64,000 nucleotides of DNA from a virus (IMGVR_UViG_3300034112_000721:32001-96000), one strand, 5' to 3'. Shown: positions 1-12,300, counted from the first letter of the stretch. Numbers and translations are program-made. Notes: generated from the sequence alone by a model not told the origin.

Positions 1-2
1 AT

Positions 3-3000
3 AAATGTAGAAGCTTGTGTTAGTTTCTCAGATTGAGCTCTTGCCGTTAATTCTTGAATTGCATTTATTTTTTTCTCAGTAAATTCAGAATTTATTTTAT
101 CTATAGCAGCTTTATCTGCAACTAATTCTAATGTATATTTCTTTCCAACTTCAAAACCTTGCTTAACATTATTCTTATTGACTAGTTCACCTGTTGGACC
201 ATTATATCTTAAACCTTCTTTTGATTTGTACAAAATAAGTTCTCTTACTCTTAATCCTGATTTATATTTTACCTCCGCGTATTGTCCAACATTCATCTGA
301 AGATCTACATCATTAATTGTTGCTTTTGTCCCCTTTGGTATATTAATAGGTCCTTTTTCTACACGTTCTTCTGTTTTAGCTAAAGCATCTAATGCAGCTT
401 TTCTTTCAGCTTCCAATCTTGCCAAAGTAAGATTTAAAGCAGTATTATCTGCAGATCTCCCCTTTGGATTTAACTTTCTTACAGCAGCAGCTCTTTCAAA
501 GAATATAGCATAATTGTCATATTCTGGATGACCTTCTTTAATAACTACCTTTCTTGTGTCATCATAAAATTCAGTAGGTATAGTTGCTGTTCTTAAAAAT
601 TCTGCAGCTTCATCTTCACTAATATATACATTTCTATCTGCTAATTCATTTAGCAATGCGTTAAGCTCTATATTATCAAGTTGTTGATTAACTATATTAG
701 AGAAGTAGTCTCTTCTATTATTGTAAAGATTACTCATCCAAAGATAATTTCTTTGGACATGATCCATAAAATCTCTTGGATTATTTAATACGTTTACATA
801 GTTTGCAAGAATAGAAGATTCTTTACCCAACTTGTAATTATCTAATATCATTTCAAAAGCAGCCTCAGCCTCTTCTGATAAATAAATATCTCCTGTAGAA
901 TTTGCAATAGCTTTTAAATACTCTTTGTATGCATTTTCCAAATTAGCTTCAACTTCTAATCTATTTTCATTAGTTCTTTCACCAACTCTATTTGCTCTAT
1001 TTATTTCTTTTCTGAGTTGAACTTCTGCTTCATCTATAGAAATGTTATTTTCATCAGCTATATTTTGTAGCTCACCTGATTCTTTAAACTTTTCTATGAT
1101 TTCATTTACTTGATTATTTTCAAATTTATCATAGTTTTTATATGCCTCTGATAATGCCTCAAGTGCTTTTAACTTATTTTGTTTCTTTCTAAGTTCTTCT
1201 GGTGATAATACATTTTTTTGAGCTTCTATTTCTTCTTTTAAAATATTACGCTCATTAAACATTCTACTTGGTTCTAATAATAACTGAATCTCAGAGTCAG
1301 TCATTTTAGATAATGGTTTAGATGATTTAATTTTAGTACTAATATCCTTCATTCTCTTTACAGCATCTTGATAAGAAGACCCCATAAAGATTGCATTCAT
1401 TTTTGCTACTTCCCAAGCCTGACTAAATAACTGTGCCTGTTTATATGCATCTGTTCCTTTTTCATACTGTGAAATATCTATAGGATTAACATATTTATCA
1501 TTTATTTTATCATAGTTAGTTTTGATTTCATTCATTCTTTGAACTATACCATCTATTCTTGATTGATATTTTAATCCCTCTCCTTTGGGAATATTTTGAA
1601 CAGCATCTTCAAATTCCTCTGGCGTTAAGTCTCTAAATGATTCAATTCTTTCTTTAAACATATCAAGTGTTCCAGATCTCAATGCTGTTACAACTTGTGA
1701 TACTAAAGCAAAATCTTTAGCATCTAATACATTTTTTCTTCCACCCTCCTGAATAATCTTTGTAAGTATTTCTTGATTACCAAGATTAAATAATTTAGAA
1801 TCAAAAAATTCTCCTGGATTCTCATTATATAATTTAGTAAGTGTTTCCGCAATACTCTCACCAAATGCATTCTTTTTATTTTTATAATCTGCATAGTGTT
1901 CTGGTCTAAACATTCTGTTATAACCATTAGATGCCCAGTTTGGAAGATTATTAATTGGACTAGCAAAAGCACCCATTATAAATCCAGTAGCAAATGTTTC
2001 AAATCCTTGTTTTGTAAATGGATTTTGATTTGCCCATGCATCTTTAAAGTAAGATGCTTTACTTCTACTTGCATCTGCAATAGCACCTTTAGAATATAAA
2101 TGAGCTTTAACAGCATCTGAGTTAAAAGTATTTACATAATAATTACCTAGAGCTTCAGATATTGTTTCCTGAAAGTTTTCTTGTAAACCTTCTCCAATAT
2201 TTGCTTTAAAATATTTTCCTAAACCAACAACAGATTTTGCAGAAAGATTTTTAAAACCAGCTTTAAAACCATCCTCTCTAAGTCTTTTTATACTTCCCCT
2301 TATACCATTTTCTACATATGTAAACTCACCCTTTGCAAGTTTTTTACCTTCTTCTTTTATTGTTTTAAAAACTACCTTACCTCTTTCAAGATTTAAAATC
2401 TCTTTAGTTCTTGCACCCAAAATACTTGCTGTTCCCTTTCCACCTGCAATACTTGGAAATACAAGTTTGTTAGATAAATAAATAACTCCTGTATTCCAAC
2501 CTAAATTCTCTAGACCAGCTTTTTCAGATTGTACCATCATATCATACATCTGTTTGTTAGATGGAGCCTGCCCAGTATTTTTGTAATGCAAATTATATAA
2601 ATCATAGTAGACTTTATTTTGTTGCATACCACCTTCTAGTTTAGCTTCAGTAACAGCAGCATTTATAAATTTCATGTCTCTATAAAAGCCGCCAGCAGTC
2701 TTTGAAAGTTTTGCAAGAGATGTTAAATTACCAAAGGCTTGAGCCTTTCTAATATCATTCATTGCATCAAATGTATTACCCAATGGATTTATAAATTTTC
2801 CAATTGGTGTATTTACCGCTTTCCAAAAGTTTCTTGCTGTTTGACTTGATTCTAATGTTTTTACTGCCGTGCCAAAAGCTTTATCTAAGTTTCCAAATAG
2901 TTTTCCAACTTTAGCAATCTTTGCAACTGCAGAAGCATCAGCAGTAGCCTCAAGAGCACCTGCTGCAGGTATACCAGCTCCAGTAGCCACTAATCCAGCT

Positions 3001-3740
3001 TCTAGTGCTTTTGTTGCTGCTTGTTCAGCTATTGTTTCAATAATAATACCGGCTGATAATCCAAAAGAGTTAAGAGCATTGTTTATAAATCCAAATGCTC
3101 CTCCCTTAGTTGACATACCTATATTAGAATACTTTTCAAAGTCTTCTGCATTATTTAAATCAATAGAAGTAAAATCTCCCTGAAGCATATCAAGAGTTCC
3201 TTGTGCACCAGATTTTATTCCTAACCAAAGACCCGGTAACAATGAATGATTTACCATTCTTGTAAAATCATTCCACTTAGTGGTTCTTTCATTATATATT
3301 GCTTCATTATCTCTAAATGGTGAGAAGCCTACCTCATCCATTTTTTTAGACCCATATGCCGCATATCTTTTATAATAGTTATTACCATCTGGTCCTGCGT
3401 TATATCCAAATATTCTTGAATACTCATTTTTGTCCTGATTGGTTTGAAATATGGATCTCATATAAGAATCTGCAGCTTGAGCAGATTCTTCAAAAGACAC
3501 ATTCTTTTTTGGACCTGGTGGATTTGGAGGGTTACCTACAACATTATCTCTAATACTTCTTTGTGGATTTGTTAATGATCCATAATTAGGAATTACATTA
3601 GTTAACTTAACTTGATCTATATCTAATCTTTTAAACCCATAAGGATCTAAGTTAAGTGGATTAGTAACATCCATATTAAACTTACCAATAGATGGACCTA
3701 GTGGTGCAAGAGGGTCAAAGTTTGTATTATCTTGAGCCAT
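3..3740 (-). CDS. Giant virion cargo protein, 5' part only (possibly virion RNA polymerase polyprotein or subunit); runs off the window start
   Basis: Not in the ORF track. ATG at 3740 gives MAQDNTNFDPLAPLGPSIG..., and the same frame reads ...IQELTARAQSEKLTQASTF at the window edge. It overlaps the stop of 3727..6765 and sits where crAss-like cargo/RNAP genes usually lie. No RNAP catalytic motif was recognised in this part. Confidence 0.8.
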   Translation of the reverse strand, partial: MAQDNTNFDPLAPLGPSIGKFNMDVTNPLNLDPYGFKRLDIDQVKLTNVIPNYGSLTNPQRSIRDNVVGNPPNPPGPKKNVSFEESAQAADSYMRSIFQTNQDKNEYSRIFGYNAGPDGNNYYKRYAAYGSKKMDEVGFSPFRDNEAIYNERTTKWNDFTRMVNHSLLPGLWLGIKSGAQGTLDMLQGDFTSIDLNNAEDFEKYSNIGMSTKGGAFGFINNALNSFGLSAGIIIETIAEQAATKALEAGLVATGAGIPAAGALEATADASAVAKIAKVGKLFGNLDKAFGTAVKTLESSQTARNFWKAVNTPIGKFINPLGNTFDAMNDIRKAQAFGNLTSLAKLSKTAGGFYRDMKFINAAVTEAKLEGGMQQNKVYYDLYNLHYKNTGQAPSNKQMYDMMVQSEKAGLENLGWNTGVIYLSNKLVFPSIAGGKGTASILGARTKEILNLERGKVVFKTIKEEGKKLAKGEFTYVENGIRGSIKRLREDGFKAGFKNLSAKSVVGLGKYFKANIGEGLQENFQETISEALGNYYVNTFNSDAVKAHLYSKGAIADASRSKASYFKDAWANQNPFTKQGFETFATGFIMGAFASPINNLPNWASNGYNRMFRPEHYADYKNKKNAFGESIAETLTKLYNENPGEFFDSKLFNLGNQEILTKIIQEGGRKNVLDAKDFALVSQVVTALRSGTLDMFKERIESFRDLTPEEFEDAVQNIPKGEGLKYQSRIDGIVQRMNEIKTNYDKINDKYVNPIDISQYEKGTDAYKQAQLFSQAWEVAKMNAIFMGSSYQDAVKRMKDISTKIKSSKPLSKMTDSEIQLLLEPSRMFNERNILKEEIEAQKNVLSPEELRKKQNKLKALEALSEAYKNYDKFENNQVNEIIEKFKESGELQNIADENNISIDEAEVQLRKEINRANRVGERTNENRLEVEANLENAYKEYLKAIANSTGDIYLSEEAEAAFEMILDNYKLGKESSILANYVNVLNNPRDFMDHVQRNYLWMSNLYNNRRDYFSNIVNQQLDNIELNALLNELADRNVYISEDEAAEFLRTATIPTEFYDDTRKVVIKEGHPEYDNYAIFFERAAAVRKLNPKGRSADNTALNLTLARLEAERKAALDALAKTEERVEKGPINIPKGTKATINDVDLQMNVGQYAEVKYKSGLRVRELILYKSKEGLRYNGPTGELVNKNNVKQGFEVGKKYTLELVADKAAIDKINSEFTEKKINAIQELTARAQSEKLTQASTF

Positions 3741-6700
3741 ACTGCATTGTTTGTTCGTTCATTTTTTTTATTGCTGGCCAACCTTGTTGCAAGGCTTGAA
3801 ATCTTATATTAGTCAAATTATTTCCAGCTGTAATAGTATTATCATTAGTTGTTGCAATTCTAAAGTCTCCAATTGTAGGATCCCAAACAGGATACTTTGT
3901 TGTTATACTATAATCTCCCATACCTAAAGGATTTTTTTGAATCTCAAATTGATATCTACCATCCAATGGATCAGTATAAGTGTATGTTTGATTAGGACTA
4001 TTATCTACTCTTAATGCTAAAGGATCTTTAAAATTTTCTTGATATAAAGGATTTTGTAAATAATCACTATTTGCAATTATACTTATTCCATTTTTTAAAG
4101 CATCTTCATATTCAGTTTTATTTAATAGATTATTATTATCATCAGCATTTGTTGATTTGAATTTTTTCAAAAACTCTGCAGATGGTTTTATAATAATTGC
4201 ACCAAGATTTGCATTACCACCAGCAACTACAGCAGACGATAATTTAAACATATCTGTTTTACTAGATGGTCTTGACATTTCCCTTTGTATCTCATTTATT
4301 ATAGCTTTATATTTGCTTCCACCAACTGCATTCTCATAATCAGCTTCACTACGGCCTGTAACAGATATTCTAGCCTGTCCCATAAAATCTGAAAAATCCA
4401 ATTTATTTACATCACTCATTACACCATTCCAATAATATCTTCCTTTACTACTGTAAGGGTTTACCATGATTGATCTAATACCCATTGCTGCCATACCAGT
4501 ACCTGGGTCAGTGGTTTTTTCATAACCAACCGGAGGAGTTTTTATTAATCTTGAATCACTCCAAACCTCTTTGTCTGCAGTAGATACAAGATTCTCATAT
4601 AACGCTTTTAAATTTTCTTCTGCACTTGGTCCTTCAAGGAATGAATTAATTATTCCTGCAACTCCACCAGTAAATGCACCAAATACAGCACCAGGAGCGG
4701 CACCTACTCCAAAAAAAGCAGATCCAGCTGCTGCTCCTCCCGCAGCTCCTGCTGCTGCCCATGTTCCTGTACTAAGTGCTGCATCACCAAGAGCCTCCAA
4801 AAAACTTCTTTGGTCTCCAATTTCTATACCGGTTCTTTTAACATTTGCTGCAAAAGTTTCTGCAGACACTTGGTTACCATTATCATCATATAATAATTGA
4901 GTAATGGCTTTATCTGCAATACCTCTTCTTGCAAGTTCTGTTTCAGTTACATTTGCATAATCTTTTTTCCATTTAGTATTAGCTTTTACATAATCAATAT
5001 AATCTGTAAATTCTAAATTACTTTCTTGTAAAGCTGTCATGTTATTTTTAATAACAGAAAGATTACCATTGTTTTTTAAGAATGTATTAAAATTGGAATT
5101 AATCTTTTCTAAACCATCTGCTCCTGTTAAACTTGCAAAACCAGCTAGATTACCTTTATGTTTTTTAAGAAAATCTGAAAGAGATTCAACTGGTGCATTT
5201 GGTGTACTGAGTATTTGACCAGCTTGTTTCTCTGTCATCTGACCACTCTTTATTAATTGCTGAAGTGTATTTGTAACATTATTTATATATGGAGTAAAAT
5301 ACTGGTTAGCTTTATTTCTAAACATTTTATTAGAAAGCTCATATTGATTTGTTTCATCAGTAGAAACCTCTGAATCACTTTCTAAAAATGTAAAATCTTG
5401 ATCTTCAAATGGTACATACTCACCCTTTTCATTAAACATTCCTCTACCAAGTTTAACATTCTCTTTATCCACCATCATCTTCCTCTCAGCAGCTACTTTA
5501 ATACTTAGTATTTCTAAATCATTTTTATGTCTTTCAGCAATCTCACTTAAATTATACTGATGTTTATCAGCCATAATTGCATATGGATTTGCATCCATAT
5601 CCACTTTAGAATTTCTATAAGCGTATATATGTGCTGCTTGGTTTAAATCTCTAGCAAGTAATGAAGCAGAAACACCATTATCAACCATATATCTTAGTGT
5701 CTCAATATCCTCATATGGATTTTTAAAACCAGTTGAAGTAGTTGCAGTACTTGACTGACCACTATTCATTTTATCTAACTGCTTCTTTGATTGAGATAAT
5801 ACCTCATCATTAATAGATTTGTTTTCTATATAAGCATCTAATTGTTGCTGAAGCTGTGGATCTTTATTACCATTATCAATTTGCTTTTGAAGATCTTTGA
5901 TCTTATTATCATATGCTACAGAAGATTCATTTAACTGCTTATATCTTGACTCACTTGATCTCTTAAGAGTATTAAAGTTTTTCTCAAGATAATCCATCTC
6001 TGCAGCATTCCTATCTCCATTAAATTCACCCGCCCTGCTATATGCATAATCTTTTCTATTTACATATGCTTGCGTGCTATATATAGCTTGTACCTGTGGA
6101 TCATTACCCAGATTTGCTTCAAATAAATGTTGTAATGGTTCTTCAAGAATTTGACCATTGGTTCTTTTAATAACCCATCTTCCATCCTGACTCATCTCAA
6201 CACTTTCTATATTTCCAAATTCCTTTGCAAGTTCAAGTGCTTTATCTTGAACATTTACATAAGGTGTATATAGTACATTTTGAAAATTAAGTGCTTTTTC
6301 TGCACTAGCATCTTTAAATTCTCCCCTTCTATATTCAAGTTCTTTTAAACCGGTATCCCAAAACATTGCTCTATCTTTTTCATTTGCAGAGCCCTGGAAA
6401 CCTTGTGCTTTAAGAACTTGCATATTAAAGTTCTTAGTCCAAGCCATATCTTTCATTAAACCTTTATCTTCATAGAATGGCTTAAATACTTGTGTTGCTT
6501 GACTTACATTCTGCTGTAATGAAAGATCTAATCCCGCTAATCTACCTACATTAAAGTTAATTTGATCTACTAAATAATCTTTCTTCTGAATATTATCATC
6601 TCTTGTAAGATCTGCATAAAAATATTGACCATATACTCTATTTAGTGATTTCCAGTTACTATCATACTGATTCTGTTTATTTTGTATTAGATTAGAATAC

Positions 6701-6765
6701 AGATTAAGATCAGGTTGATAGGGCTGAAGTTGTGGTATAAAAGTGGCTGATGTAAAAGTTGCCAT
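3727..6765 (-). CDS. Virion cargo/ejection protein with glycine-zipper hydrophobic segment
   Basis: 1012-aa ORF with a coiled-coil N-half and the segment GTWAAAGAAGGAAAGSAFFGVGAAPGAVFGAFTGGVAGII; lies in the cargo block. Confidence 0.6.
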   Translation of the reverse strand: MATFTSATFIPQLQPYQPDLNLYSNLIQNKQNQYDSNWKSLNRVYGQYFYADLTRDDNIQKKDYLVDQINFNVGRLAGLDLSLQQNVSQATQVFKPFYEDKGLMKDMAWTKNFNMQVLKAQGFQGSANEKDRAMFWDTGLKELEYRRGEFKDASAEKALNFQNVLYTPYVNVQDKALELAKEFGNIESVEMSQDGRWVIKRTNGQILEEPLQHLFEANLGNDPQVQAIYSTQAYVNRKDYAYSRAGEFNGDRNAAEMDYLEKNFNTLKRSSESRYKQLNESSVAYDNKIKDLQKQIDNGNKDPQLQQQLDAYIENKSINDEVLSQSKKQLDKMNSGQSSTATTSTGFKNPYEDIETLRYMVDNGVSASLLARDLNQAAHIYAYRNSKVDMDANPYAIMADKHQYNLSEIAERHKNDLEILSIKVAAERKMMVDKENVKLGRGMFNEKGEYVPFEDQDFTFLESDSEVSTDETNQYELSNKMFRNKANQYFTPYINNVTNTLQQLIKSGQMTEKQAGQILSTPNAPVESLSDFLKKHKGNLAGFASLTGADGLEKINSNFNTFLKNNGNLSVIKNNMTALQESNLEFTDYIDYVKANTKWKKDYANVTETELARRGIADKAITQLLYDDNGNQVSAETFAANVKRTGIEIGDQRSFLEALGDAALSTGTWAAAGAAGGAAAGSAFFGVGAAPGAVFGAFTGGVAGIINSFLEGPSAEENLKALYENLVSTADKEVWSDSRLIKTPPVGYEKTTDPGTGMAAMGIRSIMVNPYSSKGRYYWNGVMSDVNKLDFSDFMGQARISVTGRSEADYENAVGGSKYKAIINEIQREMSRPSSKTDMFKLSSAVVAGGNANLGAIIIKPSAEFLKKFKSTNADDNNNLLNKTEYEDALKNGISIIANSDYLQNPLYQENFKDPLALRVDNSPNQTYTYTDPLDGRYQFEIQKNPLGMGDYSITTKYPVWDPTIGDFRIATTNDNTITAGNNLTNIRFQALQQGWPAIKKMNEQTMQYGSR

Positions 6766-6827
6766 AGTTTTTTCTTTCTATAGTATAAATATATTAAAAT
6801 ATTTTAAGTTTAATAAACCTTAAAAGT

Positions 6828-9359
6828 TTATTCATAGTAATAAAAAGGATAAACTGTGTCTCCATAAACCATCCCACCTACCTGATATACAGGTCCTCCA
6901 TATCTACTATATCTAGTTTTATATACTAATTCTTGCATATCATCTGGAAGACCACTTGCTTTTAATTGCATTGCATATTCTAAAGCATCTTCAGGTTTTT
7001 CAGGCTCTAATGGTTTACCCTGCTTAAAGATTTGCACTCCAGTTACAGGATCAATTGCATATTGCTCACTTTGAATATTGTATATATCAGCAGCATTTTT
7101 AATACCCTGATTCATCATTGCTGTTTTTAATGCATCTTTTGCATTTAATTCACCTCTATAGAAGTTTTCAGCAGCTCCAACTTTATCAATATACTGATTA
7201 AAAATATTTGCTCTATTTGCAGCTTCACTCATATCAGCTTGATAATTTAATTGTCTTTCCTGATTTTCTATACCAGTATTACCAGCCTGTGTTTGAAGTA
7301 TAGGATTTTGTATTGCACTAATAAGATCACCTTCTAATGAAGCAGCTATAGCTTGTTTTGCTGTAGATGGTGTTGCTGTTTTCCCTATTAAATCTAAATT
7401 TTTGGCAGCTGCCGCTTGTGCTGCTTGAACAGGGGCAAGCCACTCTTGTTTCTGCAAACTTATTTCAGGTGCTCTAGGAACCATTGCTGTAGGGTACTCA
7501 ATTCCAGTTCTTGTTCTCATTGCAGTGGCAAGATTTAACTTATCTTGAGTTGTCCATTCTGGCCAGTATGTTCCTCCCGGAGCCTGTACATCTGGAAACT
7601 GAACTTGTGGTTTTTGTTCCTGTTCACACTCACACTTACCATCTTTTAATGGAACTTCTTTTTCCACACCAGTTATAGGATCAGGACAAAAACATTTCTT
7701 TATTGTAGTTGGTGGAGCAAATTTAACTCTCTGTCCTAATGTAGTATTTGTATTAAATTGATCAATACCTGATACCTGTCCTTTTTTTCCTGCTATTTCT
7801 TCATCACCAACACCAACTTGGAACTGACCATATGGTTTATATTTTTCAGTTCCTAATAAATTTCTATATGCAATATATGCCGCTTGACCTTTAAAGCCAC
7901 TAGAAAAATCTAAATCACCAAGTCCATCAGGATTTTTTTGTATTAATTTATTTGCTGCAGCATTAGTACCAGTACTTCCTGATACATTTTGTTCTGTTTT
8001 AGAAGCATCTAAACCAAAAGCTTCTAGCCTTGCATTTCTTTCTTCTTGCGCTAGTAATTGATCTACAACAGATTTTTTATCAAGCTTTCTTAATTCCGGT
8101 GCATAACCGGTATATAGTTTTTCTCTTTGACTCTTAGTATAGTTTTCTTTATTTTCTATATCTTTTTGATATTGTGCATACAAGTCATTTTGAAAATCAA
8201 CATTTTCTTCTATTGCTCTTTTAGTATTTATAAAATCAATGTATGCTTGTTTCTTACCATTCCATTTTTTCTTAATTACCTCTAAGTCTTCTTTTGTTAA
8301 ATCTGCTTCAGTAATTTGTCCTCCTCCTTCAAATGTATTTAACTTACTTGTACTTCCACCATTTTGCATAATCAATGGCATATTAGTACCACCAATTATA
8401 ATGCCTTCTCTGGCCATAAATGGACCGCTTCCTAGCATTCTTTCTCTTCTTCCTAAATAGTTATTAGGATTACCTCCACCAAGAGAAATTCCATATTGTG
8501 CAAATGGCATTTCATAACCACCAACCGTCATACCATACATAGCCATAGGTGCTTCTTGCATTTGTTCTGGAGACATTTGTTGTGCACTCATCATCTGTTC
8601 TTCCATAGATGGTTGTGCAATTGGTTCTCCAGATGGCATTTGCTGTGGCATTGGTTGCTCTTCCATTTGTTCTTCTACCATTTCTTCTTGTGGCATACCT
8701 TCTTGCGGCATCATTTGTTCTTCTTCACTGATACCTTCTGGCATTAAATCTTCTTCTGTAATTCCATTAGCTTCCATGTATGGCTTAGCAATAACAGGTA
8801 TACCTTGAGGAAAACCTTTTTTAGATTCTTGTGCAAGTGCTAATGCACCAAGTTTCATGACATAATTTTTAATCATCATTTCTGCAGTTTTCTTTTCCAT
8901 TTTATTGGAGTCAGGATCTTGCAAAAGTTTTCTATATTTATTTATGTCATAAGTCTTAGATAATTCTGCTGGCGTATATCCACCTTTTTTAGGTGTTTTA
9001 CCAAACATCTTTAAGATTTCAGGATCAGTTATTTTCATTGACTGTGTGTCACTAAAAATAAATGTGTCATCTGGTAAGTTCATAGGTACTCCACCAGATG
9101 AATGTCTTGGACCTTTTATATTATAGAATGATGGAAATGTAGAACCATCTATATCTCCCACTAATGTTTCTCCACCCTCTGCTTCTATGTTAGCTTCTTC
9201 TCTAGGAACAGCTCCCATAGAATTTCTAACTCTTAAGCTTGGTTTACCAATGTATGCATTATAATCTGCACCACCAAAAGCAGGTACATCATTAGCTAAA
9301 GAACCTTGAATTTGATATCCAGTTCTTGCTCTAGGAAGTTTTTTTAGTTTTTTATCCAT
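6828..9359 (-). CDS. Virion cargo protein with crAss-type 'EAEGGE...GPRHSSGGV...IFSD' domain and xxGG motifs
   Basis: 843-aa ORF; motif I recognise from crAss-like internal proteins; acidic M/Q/E-rich linker; repeated AxYG/xxGG motifs. Confidence 0.6.
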   Translation of the reverse strand: MDKKLKKLPRARTGYQIQGSLANDVPAFGGADYNAYIGKPSLRVRNSMGAVPREEANIEAEGGETLVGDIDGSTFPSFYNIKGPRHSSGGVPMNLPDDTFIFSDTQSMKITDPEILKMFGKTPKKGGYTPAELSKTYDINKYRKLLQDPDSNKMEKKTAEMMIKNYVMKLGALALAQESKKGFPQGIPVIAKPYMEANGITEEDLMPEGISEEEQMMPQEGMPQEEMVEEQMEEQPMPQQMPSGEPIAQPSMEEQMMSAQQMSPEQMQEAPMAMYGMTVGGYEMPFAQYGISLGGGNPNNYLGRRERMLGSGPFMAREGIIIGGTNMPLIMQNGGSTSKLNTFEGGGQITEADLTKEDLEVIKKKWNGKKQAYIDFINTKRAIEENVDFQNDLYAQYQKDIENKENYTKSQREKLYTGYAPELRKLDKKSVVDQLLAQEERNARLEAFGLDASKTEQNVSGSTGTNAAANKLIQKNPDGLGDLDFSSGFKGQAAYIAYRNLLGTEKYKPYGQFQVGVGDEEIAGKKGQVSGIDQFNTNTTLGQRVKFAPPTTIKKCFCPDPITGVEKEVPLKDGKCECEQEQKPQVQFPDVQAPGGTYWPEWTTQDKLNLATAMRTRTGIEYPTAMVPRAPEISLQKQEWLAPVQAAQAAAAKNLDLIGKTATPSTAKQAIAASLEGDLISAIQNPILQTQAGNTGIENQERQLNYQADMSEAANRANIFNQYIDKVGAAENFYRGELNAKDALKTAMMNQGIKNAADIYNIQSEQYAIDPVTGVQIFKQGKPLEPEKPEDALEYAMQLKASGLPDDMQELVYKTRYSRYGGPVYQVGGMVYGDTVYPFYYYE

Positions 9360-9360
9360 C

Positions 9361-12300
9361 TTATTTTTTATTTAAACCAGCTAGTTTTATTAAATTTTGA
9401 AAGTCACTAATATCTATTTTGTGACCACCAGTTGGTGCTTTGGTTTTTTTATTCTTAATAGATCCACCTTTTTTACCTATTACACCTTCAAATCCTTGTT
9501 GATAAACATCTCTACCTGTTCTAGGATCATATCCTCCAGGATTATAATCTTGATAGGCTTTTAATTTTTCACCTCTTGCTATTTCAGTCATTTGAGGAAT
9601 ATATTTATTTACTCTATCATTTCTATAATCTCTAATATCAGCAAGAGTAGCTCCGGCATCCATCAATCCCCTTGAAATATTATCATAGTTAATGGTACCA
9701 GTTCTATTTTCTTTTAATTTTAATTGAGCTTGTGTTGGTAGTTGTTCCATTGTACGCGGACCTTGACCTGCATACATTGGATCATAACATGGACTATTAG
9801 GATCTTTTACTTCATCTTCTGTACAAGGACCTATTTTACCTTGACCAATACCACCTGGTTGCACTATGCTATTTGTAGGATATGATACTGGAGAAAAATT
9901 TATTCCTAGATCAGCCCTTACAAGACCACCATTAGCACGGCTCTGAGCAAAAGGATTTTTCTTTTCTATTTGTCTTGCTTTTTCTGCATATGTAGACATT
10001 ATGTTTTCATAAATTCTTCTTTCCGCAGCATTTTTTGGCTGACCTGAACCTATATATCTTTTTATCTGTTTATTTCTATCATCGTAAAGACTACTTAAAG
10101 CCTTATCATAAAGTTTTCTTGCCTCATCTTCTGAATAATTTTTTGAATAATCAATTTTTGGATTAAATCTATTCTTTAAATTATATATATCACGAGACCA
10201 GTATGCAGATATAGGATCAAATCTTTCTGAAGCAGGATTATATCTTGGCCCAAAGTTATTTGTTGGTTGTTGATTTCTTCTTACTCCTGCTCTTGCTCCT
10301 GCTCTTACTCCTGTTCCTGTTTGATTTTTAATAATCTGTTTTTGAACTTCAGGTGTTTGTTGAGCAAACCAATCTCTTCCTTCCATTGTATTTAAAATAG
10401 AATTTGGATTATTAATTGCTATGTCACTTGAAGAACTACTAGTTAATGGATCTACACCAAATTTATATTCTGTAGGTTGTTCATAATCTGGATTAAATGG
10501 TATCATGCTTCCATCATATGGATTAGAAGAGAAGCTTGAATTATAAAAGTCTTCATCAGCTACAGGATTGCTACCTGGTTGTTGCATGAAAACATCTCCT
10601 TGATTAAATGATCCATAATTTGGAATACCAGAGCCTGAAGTAAATTGGTTATCCGTAAATCTCTGTAAATCAGAGTTTGGTTGTTGAAAGTAATTTTGTG
10701 CTGGCTGAATATTATTAACAACAGGGTTTCCTGCAGTAACTGATGCATTTTCAGTTTCAGGAATTTCTTGTTCTGATTGTGGTTCTTCAGTTTGTGGAAC
10801 TGATGCAGGTTGATTATTTACAGCTGGAGTATTTTGCTGTGGAGTAACCATTTCTTCCTCATCATAATATTCAGGAGAATCTATATTGATAGGCTCTCCT
10901 GCAGCATTAATTACAGTAAGATTTCCTTTTGTTGCTGTAGTAGGATTATTATAAATATCTGCAGTTCTTTGTGGTGTAATATTGTTTGCTGCAGCAGCTC
11001 TTTGTTGTGCTTGAATTGCGGATGTGCTTGTAGGTGCTCCTACTGTAGGCATAGAAGTTCCAGCACCTGGAGTTGTATTTAATACACTTGTAGGAGCTAT
11101 GTTTACAGGTGTTCCAGGTGTACCAGTAACTAGATCAGCACCTTGAGTACGGGTCATACTTGAAACAGGTGTATAAGGACTTTCTACTTTAAGACTTGAT
11201 GTTGGAGTAGTTGGTTGTTGTGTATATGGTCTATCATCTTCTAAAGGTTTTCCAAATCTAATTCTTTGGATAAGATCATTAGCTCCAAGTCTTAAACCTG
11301 AAAGACCCATCCCTTTATATTTATATCCTCTAGTATCTTGTTGACCAGTTGTTCCTGCAGCTGTACCAGATAGCGCAGGTAAACCTGCAGCTATTTGTCC
11401 TGGAGTAGCATAATCTATAGTTGTAATTCTATCTTTATTAAAACCTAAGTTTCTTTCAAACCAATTACCATCTTGTTTTCTTTCTTTACTATATTTTATA
11501 CCGGTAGGAAGCATTCCAGCTTTGGTAATTGCTGCAGCTGTTGCTGCATATTGCAATGGATCACCTACTGGTGAAAATGTAGAAGCCCCTCTAGTAAATG
11601 GTCTATATAGATTAGCAGCAGTTTGAAACATTCCTCTTCCACCAAAAGATCCTGCATATGGATTACCACCAAATTGAGGATACCCCCACACTGGTTGCCA
11701 AGGTCCAGCAGAACCAAAACCACCAGGATAGTATTGTTGTTGTTGTGTTTGAGTTTGTGTATTATATTTCTTTTGTGTAGCTTCTTCTATTTTCTTTCTT
11801 TCTTCTGCTATTGCTTTATCATACTCTTCTTTAGTAGTAATAGGTTTAAAAGTATTAGATTTATCTACTTCACTGTTACCAGTTCCTTGAAACTTGTATA
11901 AACCACCATCTCTAAAATATGAATCTGTTACATCTTTAGAGTTTGTATAATCTAAGTCAGATTGATTTACTGGTGGTTGCAATATATCTGATAAGAATAC
12001 ATTATCTACTTCTGTACCATATACAAATTTTGTTAGATCAGGTCTATTAGGATCTACAAAACCACCTTGTTGAAACCAAGGAGCTATTCCAGGATTTATA
12101 AATGTAGCTCCTATTTTTAAATAATCCCAAAAATCCAGTCCACCATCTGAACTACTAACTGGTTTAGGAGCTGGTTTAGGAGCGGGTTTTGGTGCCGGTG
12201 TAATACCTGACATATTAACTTTACCAGTACTTGAAGTAACTGGTGCAGGTGGTGTCTTTAATGGAATACCCAATCCTTTTTTTGTTTGGGCAGGCTTTAC

